Positions 55,354-64,000 of a stretch of 64,000 nucleotides of DNA are shown here, piece by piece. The DNA is from Octopus vulgaris (taxonomy: Eukaryota). Position numbers and translations under genes: made by a program. The notes under the pieces were generated by a model. That model saw only the letters and a program-made list of their open reading frames with translations, did not search any database and was not told the DNA's origin. How positions within the stretch are numbered: the stretch's first letter is position 1; every line of letters starts with the position of its first letter. Location: assembly GCA_951406725.2 (NCBI GenBank), contig OX597824.1:41788001-41852000 (forward strand), read 5' to 3'.

Positions 55354-56310
55354 GAAATGAACAATGAAAGAAATTTTTAAGAAGAAATAAACTGTACCGA
55401 AGCGGTTTGAAAACAGCTTAGGGTGGTATATAGAAAATGCCGTGGAGCCATTTATGAAACATACGAAGAATGTCGGCATCATCAACACCGAAAAGTGTCT
55501 AATGAAAGAAAAATTTAAAGCTGAAATGAACACACAAAAAAGAAAAAGCATGGAAAAAAGAATATACGGTCAGTTTGTAAGAGATGTGAACGCCATGACA
55601 GATATAGAAGACACGTGGTTATGGGTGAGGACAAGTGACCTGAAGATAGAGGCAGAAGCACTCATATGCGCAGCTCAAGAGTAAGCGTTAAGGACCAACT
55701 ATGTCAAGTGCAGAATAAACAACACTACCGACAGCGACAAATGCATAATGTGTGGTGAGAGGGGAAAACGGTATGGCACATTTTTAGCGAATGCTCGAAA
55801 TTGGCATAACGTGAATACAAAAGACGCCATGACATGTGACAAAAATTTTCCATTGGAAGCTCTGTGGAAATCACGGCCTACAAAGAGCAAAGACATGGTA
55901 TAAGAAAACCCCAGAAGGATTCACCAGGAATGAGACGTGCAAAAAAATGTGGGATGCAATGATGCATCTGACCAGACATCGGAATCCAGATGTTGTTGTA
56001 GTGAATAAAAAGGATAGAACATGCATGATAATCGACATAGCATGCCCCGATGATAATAAGATCAATGTGAAAGAAGAAAAAATACAACCATGACGATTTG
56101 AAGTGGGAGATACGAAGGTTGTGGTCAATGAGGAGAGTAGACTTTATACCAATAGTAATTGGTGCATTTGGAAGTATCAGCACTCAACTACTAGCTGGAA
56201 AATTTTGGTGCATGTGTGAAGGTAGAGCACCTACAAACATCTGCATTGCTTTGAACAGCAACAATTTTTCACTTTCCATCATACTCAGCAAAATAATCTG
56301 TGAGTTTTGA
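55351..56310 (+). mobile_element. R4/Dong-like RLE LINE 3' fragment after (TAA)n
   Basis: Paralogue of 33960-34912; YGQFVRD, EAEALICAAQE, RHRNPDVVVV..IIDIACP. Confidence 0.92.
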
Positions 56311-56659
56311 TATAATAATAATATAGGTACAAGTTTATAATAGTAATGATTTCACAAGGCCATCAATGTAGGAGGTCGGAGTAAGTCAGTTACACCGATC
56401 CTAATGTTAAACTGGTAATTATTTTATCGATTTCCGGAAGGTTGAAAGGCAAAGTCGACCTCGGCGGGATTTGAACTCAGAGCATAAAGCCGGACGAAAT
56501 ACTGCTAAACATTCAAGAGCTAACTTCTCAATTGATGGCTCATGCACCAAATCCGGGTACCAGAGTTCAGCTTGTGGGTTAAACCATGTGATGAGATGGT
56601 GTCAACACTACACCAGTAAGAGAATGACCCTGGGTAAGGCTTTCCAAGGAATCACCGTC

Positions 56660-56905
56660 TAGATCGGAGGAAACTGATTAAGACGATGACCTAGTGTTCG
56701 GGGCCTAGTCGTGTGTCAAGGAGGGGCATGATAACAAGCAGGCTAGAATTCACACCGGATCGGTCGTCGTCCAGATTAACTTGAAACAGTGGACAGACCT
56801 CGATTTCGCCGACTCACAGAGGGTAATAAATGACCGAGAGAAGTGGAGATATCTGGTTGTAACGTCATCAACAAATACTTCAACGGCCACAGAGTTAAAA
56901 GATAG
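56660..56905 (+). mobile_element. RTE LINE 3' end with (GGAA)n tail
   Basis: NLKQWTDLDFADSQRVINDREKWRYLV. Confidence 0.75.
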
Positions 56906-57100
56906 GAAGGAAAGAAGGAAGGAAAGAAAGAGGGAAGGAAGCATATAAGAAAGAAAAGATGGATTGGGTTGAGTTTGTGCTATGTTTTAAATAAAAGTTT
57001 AAGAAGGATGTTTTATACTTACTTGTACGTACCTTTATTCGAGCACATAGTCCCATATTGTGTATACATACATACATACATACATACATACATACATACA

Positions 57101-57131
<31 letters not shown>

Positions 57132-57139
57132 GTACATAA

Positions 57140-57790
57140 TAGCCGGATTGTTGGAAGCGAGCTAATCAGGAAGTACTCTTTTCCTGATGATCTCTCATAC
57201 AACCCCAAATCAGCCGGACTAGCATACCTCAAAGAAGACCCGGAAGTGAAATCCTTAGCATACCAAAAATGAACCAGTAACGTTGACATGAAGCGAAGTC
57301 TCTCTTGGACGTGTGACCGCTATATCACATCACACTTTGAAGGCTACGTATTTACAATCGAAGACCTGGAGACTGATTATAAATATCTAATAAACAAGCG
57401 ACAATGAAGCGCTTGGAGTTCCAAGATGCAATCGAAAATGTGGATTACGTCATATTTTTGCGGGTATGTCAGTGTCCCCACATACTACGAGCGAGTATAG
57501 CATACCAAGATGAACTCAGTAGATGTAGTAGGACATATTTTGACTCCAAACCCCTGGGGTGACACAGACTACACTGATTGTTGTAATACAACTAGATGCA
57601 CAGTGCCCGTAAGGGACAGCTGCAGGAGGGGTCGAAACGATCGTAGCGTTGTATAAAGGTTCGTACCAAATCCATTTTCCGTTTCTCTCAATAATCATAA
57701 ACTAAACGAACACTGCGGAATTCCTGGCGTAGATACAGTTTATACTATACCGTAACTGTGGATGACATCACGTAGTCCAAACGGTGAATG
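57140..57790. mobile_element. Degenerate RLE-type LINE fragment with probable internal inversion
   Basis: Plus RYITSHFEGYVFTIEDLETDYKYLINKR; C-terminal-like YEPL and RAL fragments on minus 57510-57790. Confidence 0.55.
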
Positions 57791-57969
57791 TGCTTTAATC
57801 GACATACTAATAGACATCTACTCAAAATCCAAATAGTTACTTATATATGTAAATAGATACATGTATACACACACACACACGTGTATATATGAGTATGGGT
57901 GCGTGTGTGTGTATACCTTTGTCCAGCCAATCGCCATGATTGAACGCCTCTGTTTATTTCCGCGTGTTC

Positions 57970-58005
57970 CTTTCTGTTGAAGAACGTAGGCTCGAAACGT
58001 AAAAG
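57970..58005 (+). ncRNA. Minimal hammerhead motif (U at position 6) in a PLE-type remnant (about 57920-58097)
   Basis: cttt CTGTTGA A GAAC gtag GCTC GAA ACGT A aaag; tail runs into (TA)n. Confidence 0.65.
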
Positions 58006-58090
58006 ACTTTCTCACCTTCCCGAGTGTCAAACTAATACACCTGCTTGTTGTTTATAAACCTTTCTTCGTCTTTTGCTTTTCTGTTAATTT

Positions 58091-58174
<84 letters not shown>

Positions 58175-59069
58175 TATATGTGTGTGTGTCTTTGTGTATG
58201 TATTTTTTCTTCCACCACCACTTGTCAGTCAACCGGTGTTGGTTTGTGTATATCATCATATCTTAGCAGTTCGGCAATCGGAACCGATAGAATAAGTTCC
58301 AGGTTTAAAACAAATATAAGTGCTAGGATTGAGTTGTTCGACTAAAACCATTCAAGGGAGTGTGCCCCAGCATGGCTACAGTCCAATGACTGAAGCACGT
58401 GAACGATAAAGGATGAAAAATAAAAGATATTGGCAGCAACCACACACCAACAATAACAAAAAAACAAACAACAAAGGAAGAATGGAAATGAAGAAAATTG
58501 TAAAAAAAAAACCCAAGAAACAAAGAAAAGAATGAAAAGGAACGAAAATCTTTTATTGAAGAATATTTGTATGTTATTTGGTTTTGTTATTTTCTTTCAA
58601 CGTTTTTGAATTTTTTCGCATCTTGAAAAATGAAACCGAAGAATAAAGCTGGGTGCCCGGCGGCACGGGTTGGAGAGACGTGAGTGATTAAATTTTCTTC
58701 GCTATGTTTCCTACTTTTAAACTCTATCATTATAAAAAAAAAATAGACAATAACAATAAAACAAATTCAACAGCAAAAACATAAAAGATCAAGAAAAAGA
58801 AAAAGGGGGAAGAAAAAGAAACGTACTATCGATGTTGTGTCGGTAAACCAAGACAATGATATTGACTGATAGAGTACTAAAAGAAGGGGATAAGGATGGG
58901 AAGGGAAACATGAAAAAGTCAAAATTACTCCCGAAATACGACTTTATTAACCAACCAACGAACCAGCCAGCCAGCCAGCCAATTAGCCAGCCAATTAGCC
59001 AGCCAACAAACCAACCAACCAGCTAACCAGCTGAGCAATCATCTAACCGATCAAACTTTTTGTCACTGT

Positions 59070-59101
<32 letters not shown>

Positions 59102-59166
59102 TGTATGTATGTATGTATGTATGTATGTATGTATGTATGTATGTATGCATGTATGTATGTATGTAT

Positions 59167-59198
<32 letters not shown>

Positions 59199-59366
59199 CG
59201 TGAAGTACATTTGCCCCCGAAATGAGGCTAACCCTTAAGAGTTGATGCTACTGCAGCTTGTAGACCCAGGAAGACATCACCTTCAGCTGGCTATTGACAC
59301 ACTATCTGTGCCCTATCAGTATTTTCAAAGAGAAGTCATCGTTCCCATCTCCAGCCTGACATGATA

Positions 59367-59411
59367 CACACGGACCCGAGTTTCTGGCTATTGACCCGTC
59401 ATCAGCATGTG
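59367..59411 (-). ncRNA. Type I hammerhead motif
   Basis: cacatg CTGATGA cgggtcaatagcca GAA ACTCGGGT C cgtgtg; GUC triplet; 6 bp helix I. Confidence 0.8.
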
Positions 59412-59568
59412 ACAACCACCGGTTCGCAATGGGAAATGATTCTCAATACAAATATATATATACTTTTATCACGGTGGTGCTCCAGCATGACCGCGACTGC
59501 AGCTGCATGGCTGAAACCAATAAAAGAATACATACATACATACATACATACATACATACATACATACA

Positions 59569-59600
<32 letters not shown>

Positions 59601-62600
59601 AATATATATATATATATATAAAATATATATATATATATATAATGTGTTTCAACATTACTGATTGCTGTCCTCCCATGTAAACAAACAACAGCACACAGCG
59701 GATAGGGACACAGATTTGCTTATTATATACTGAACAAATATACATATATATATACATGTCATGGCTTTCTGTAAGCTAAATGTAACATCCTGAATGTCAA
59801 CTGAGCGTATAGTAGAGGCTATCGTAATATTGTGACAGAGTGCCTGAAATAAACTTACCAGTTCCTCCTAAATATTATATAATTGTTGCCCATTAGTGTT
59901 GTACAAAAATGCCAAGTCACCATTTCTATACAGTCCACCTTCTATGTTTGTAATTTTATTTTTGAATTTGTGCAGAGTATATCACCCAACCGAATTGCGT
60001 TCCTCAACCCCGACAAAGCTTCTCATACTGACATTGAATCAATATTCTATATCAGTGGTATCTATCCATATTTTTGCCTTTGATTCATATTTTACTCTAC
60101 TAGACCATCGTAGTCATTGGATACATAAAACAATTCTATTAAGTTTTATGCTTAAATATTAGAAGTTGTATTTAAAAATCGTTACATTATTTTGTGTATT
60201 GTACAATTTATAGCACATAAAACTTTAACAACAAAACTTTATATGGATCCCCAAAGATCCTATGGGTTCTGTTTGAGAAGCACTGTCTGTATATTCTTCA
60301 CTCAAGCAAAATCAGGGTTAAAAGGAAAAAGATTTCTGGCACCAATTGCATTGTCTTGTTGAGTACAGTTATAGAAATTAACTGGTAGCCATAAATGGAA
60401 AATTGAAGAAACCTGTCTTTGTTTTTATTCATATTGCTATGAAACCAAGTAACTGTAATATTGCTTTTTTTTCAATTACAACCGGTTGCGGGGTTTATAT
60501 TACTGCACTTGCACTTAGCTGTGAAAACCTCCTGATTCTGGATATATTCAAAACGGAATAGGAACATAATGTAGATTAATATTCTTTTGACCACTGAAAT
60601 CTGTGATCAAATATTAACGGTTACTTATCACCAGTTAATAAATCGTTCCCACATTGCAAATCCAATAAAGAATTTAATAAAGATAATGTGAAGTACTAAG
60701 TGTTGATTGTATTATTATAAGTAACCTTATCAAAATAGCTTAATGTACCTGAAAAATAATATAACTGAAGCGTATAGAGTTATTTTCACACATCAGTAAA
60801 TTTCCAAGAAAAACAGTCTTTTATGAAGACCTAGTTAATGCTTAAGAGATTGTACGCAGCCGGAAAACGTCTACATTAATGTGAATGAAGGGAGTTTTAA
60901 AAGCCGATACATAACACCTACCTAGTGATATATAGCATGTAAAGTTCACAGTTTTAACTGTAACAGAGCCATTGTTACTACGTAGTATCTCTGTCCTGGA
61001 ATGGAAGCAAACAAGATGAAATATATACGACCATAGGATATCTTATTCTAAAAGAATCTACGGATAATCTGAATTGGAAATACAAAATAACACCAAAATT
61101 CCACAAAAAGTGTTTTATTTAGAAAATGATAATTGTTCACGTGATTAAACGGGCTGATGTAAAAAAACATTATCTGTCAGATATCTAAAAAAAAAAACCA
61201 GTCGTTTAGTGAAACAGGAAGTTAGTAACACGCCATGTCGAAATATGCCGTAAGTATCGAAATACTCCTCCAGTGATACACCATCTGGTAGATGAAGTTC
61301 GGCTAAGAACCTGAAATATCGGTAAAATCATCTTTTACAAAAAATGTCATCATGTGGGTCTTTGTGTGTGGGTCTATGTGTGTGTGGGTCTATGTGTGTG
61401 TGTGTGTGTGTGTGCGTGTGCGTGTATGTGTGTGCGTGCGTGTGTCATTATTCATTTACAAACTTTACGCTTACGTATAAAAGGAATAAAACGAACTCAT
61501 TCATTTTAGAGTTTATTAGTTCGTTGAAGCTGGTGATCGCTACGTATAGTTTCACGTCTGCCTTTCTTCATTCGACCACCAAAACTTGAGCAAAAAACTT
61601 GGAAGGTGTGACAAAATGAATCATCAATTACTAACGAATAGACATACACACAACACACACACACATACAAGCACGCACGCACACACATACACCACGAATT
61701 ATACACAAAGTTACATACAAACGTGTATGTGTGCGTGTGTGTGAGTCATTGTGTATGTTTATATATCAGTTTGTCCATTCATTACATTCTTCACTTTGAT
61801 TTCATCGTAGATTAATTTCATCCGTGCTTTTCATATTTTCAATAGATGAATCTAGATGAATCTTATTCTCATACAATCACTGACAAGTTGGACAGTCTAT
61901 ATTGTAAACTACTGATGATAAATTACCATCACTATCGCCATATTGTTCAGTCAAGTTAACTGAATAACAGATGACAGCGGTTGAGTTGGTAGTAATAGCA
62001 TTGGAGTAGTGGTGGTGGTGTTGATAGAACAACTAGAATGATATATGAATGATGACTGATGTTTACTATATTACTCATGGCGTCTACTCGGCTCATGTTG
62101 CTTCTGTCGTTATTTGATTCTGTAGTTATTTGTTGATCTATCCTGTCTCTTCGAATGACAAAAGCAATCATTCATATAATTTTTGTACACCACCCGTTAA
62201 AACAGTTCCTCTTTGCGGATTAAAATGATAATAATAAGCAAGGCTAATAAAATTATGTAATGACGTCACTGTATACTTATTGGTTTGTGCAACGACAAAC
62301 TCAAATTTTAGGAAAATGTAGCTTACAGTTTAAAACACCTCAGACATATCTTCACAAAACGAGCAGAAAAGCACACACACACACACACACACATGCATAT
62401 CTTTAATTTTTTTTCAGATGTATATCACTGCATATGTTTCCCACCTTCGTTCTAGGGACAAGAGTTTTAATTCTTTTAGTCTTTCCCAGTAGCTGATGCG
62501 TTGCATCGAGACGATTTTATTTGTGTAGCTTCGATACGCTGGAGTTGAACTAGGGACAGCTGATGAAGGGGATTTTTCCTTGTGTAGTTGTCTTGTACTC

Positions 62601-62878
62601 TGTTTTTTTCGTTGTTAAAAAAATGGTCCGTTCCATGCTGTTTTTACGTTTTCGTTTCTCGTTGAGTCCTACGTCTATTTGTGGTGTCCTGTACACACGT
62701 ATATATATTTATATATGCATGTATATATACATGTAGATGTAGGTACGTACATATATGTTTGTATGTATGCAATGTATGCATATATTTTATTTATTACACT
62801 ATTGTATGACTGAGCGTCTTCGGGTCGATTCGATTCGATTCGTTTGGTTTGGTTTGGTTTCTTCTTCTTCTCTAAGCT

Positions 62879-62917
<39 letters not shown>

Positions 62918-63228
62918 GCACACACACAGAGTAACGCACATTTGTTCCACACACACAACCCCACGCATACATACATACATACATACATACACACGCACAC
63001 ACAGACACAGGAACACAGCACACACACACAGCATATATATATACACGCACACACACATATACTTCAAACTACCAGTTAAACGCCTTTCTACTGACCATTC
63101 ACCTACGCATATGTGAAGGGAGACACACAAAAACAGCCACTCCGACCTAAAATTCCAACTGTAAATTCTTCCTACAACATTAAGCGACACAGAGTTCACA
63201 CACACACACACATATAATCAGCCAAAGC

Positions 63229-63264
<36 letters not shown>

Positions 63265-63424
63265 TACATGCATGCGCACATGCAAGTGCTATTGTTATAC
63301 ACACACATAAACATACAGACCTGCGTGCACGCACATACCCACACATACACTTACATACTTCCTTCTCTTGCACTCTCCTGCCTTAGAAAGAACTTTTTCT
63401 TCACCCATTCCCTGCCGGTCATTT

Positions 63425-63632
63425 AAAAATGTAACTGCGTATGTATCGTTGACGATTTTCATCCCCCGTCTTCCCTTTCTTTGGACTTTCCTCTATTTCT
63501 GAAGAAGAGCAAGGCTCAAAACGTTAAATCCTCTTTCCTTCCTTTCCTGAGCGTCTGATAATACAGTACTTGTACCACGTCCCCCCGTTATTGTTTTTTC
63601 TTGCTAGTTCTTCTTTGTTTGCATTCACTATA
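63425..63632 (+). mobile_element. PLE pseudo-LTR remnant with minimal HHR (63495-63529)
   Basis: attt CTGAAGA A GAGC aag GCTC AAA ACGT T aaat (G12 changed to A); tail homologous to minus 50072-50175 and 30244-30422. Confidence 0.7.
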
Positions 63633-63843
63633 TATTCTTCGAGCTTTCCGTCATCTCCAGTCCGACCCGTCCACTTCACACCTCTTCCCTCCTTCCCTCT
63701 TCCCCTTCCCTCGCTCCCTCCCTCCCCTTCTCTCTCCCCCTCCCCACCCCTCCTCTCCTCTTCCCACCTCTCCTCCCCCCTCTTCTCCTCTCTCCACACT
63801 ACACCACACGACTTTACACATCACATCATATATGATGTGCCAT

Positions 63844-63910
63844 ACTAATACATACACCAACTAATACATACTAATACGTACTAATACATACTAATACATA
63901 CTAATACATA
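63844..63910 (+). repeat. 10 bp tandem repeat (ACTAATACAT)n
   Basis: Directly visible, about 6 units. Confidence 0.9.
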
Positions 63911-64000
63911 CACCAACCCTATACATACACCCGTCCAGACCTCTCATACGCACTTATACTCTCTCATACACGCACACACACACTTATATATACTAATACG

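Noticed and set aside
59225-59285. Twister or HDV-like ribozyme in the gatgtcttcctggg block
   Set aside because: Could not complete the required pseudoknots by eye
59640-60286. hAT-type MITE ending gtttgagaagcactg
   Set aside because: Only one credible terminus; no 8-bp TSD found
63844-63910. CRISPR-like array
   Set aside because: Plain 10-mer tandem repeat without spacers, in eukaryotic DNA

Overview
AT-rich, microsatellite-saturated eukaryotic DNA with no recognisable host gene. The SINE repertoire strongly suggests an octopus (coleoid cephalopod) intron or intergenic region; this is an inference. Almost all listed ORFs are microsatellite translations. The window holds about 40 copies of several tRNA-derived SINE families, R4/Dong-type RLE LINE fragments in (TAA)n tracts, RTE fragments, a split and inverted mariner, an internally deleted Chapaev3 transposon, two MITEs, and many Penelope-like element (PLE) remnants next to (TA)n. 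The main unexplained signal is a dense set of about 15 hammerhead-ribozyme (HHR) motifs. Three of them (6.9, 20.6 and 27.3 kb) lie upstream of a homologous ORF N-terminus and show three alternative Watson-Crick versions of the core 3-8 tertiary pair (C-G, U-A, G-C), each with an extra G after position 9. There are also type II-like HHR candidates and short retrozyme-like units. All calls come from reading the sequence by eye; boundaries of degenerate repeats are approximate.
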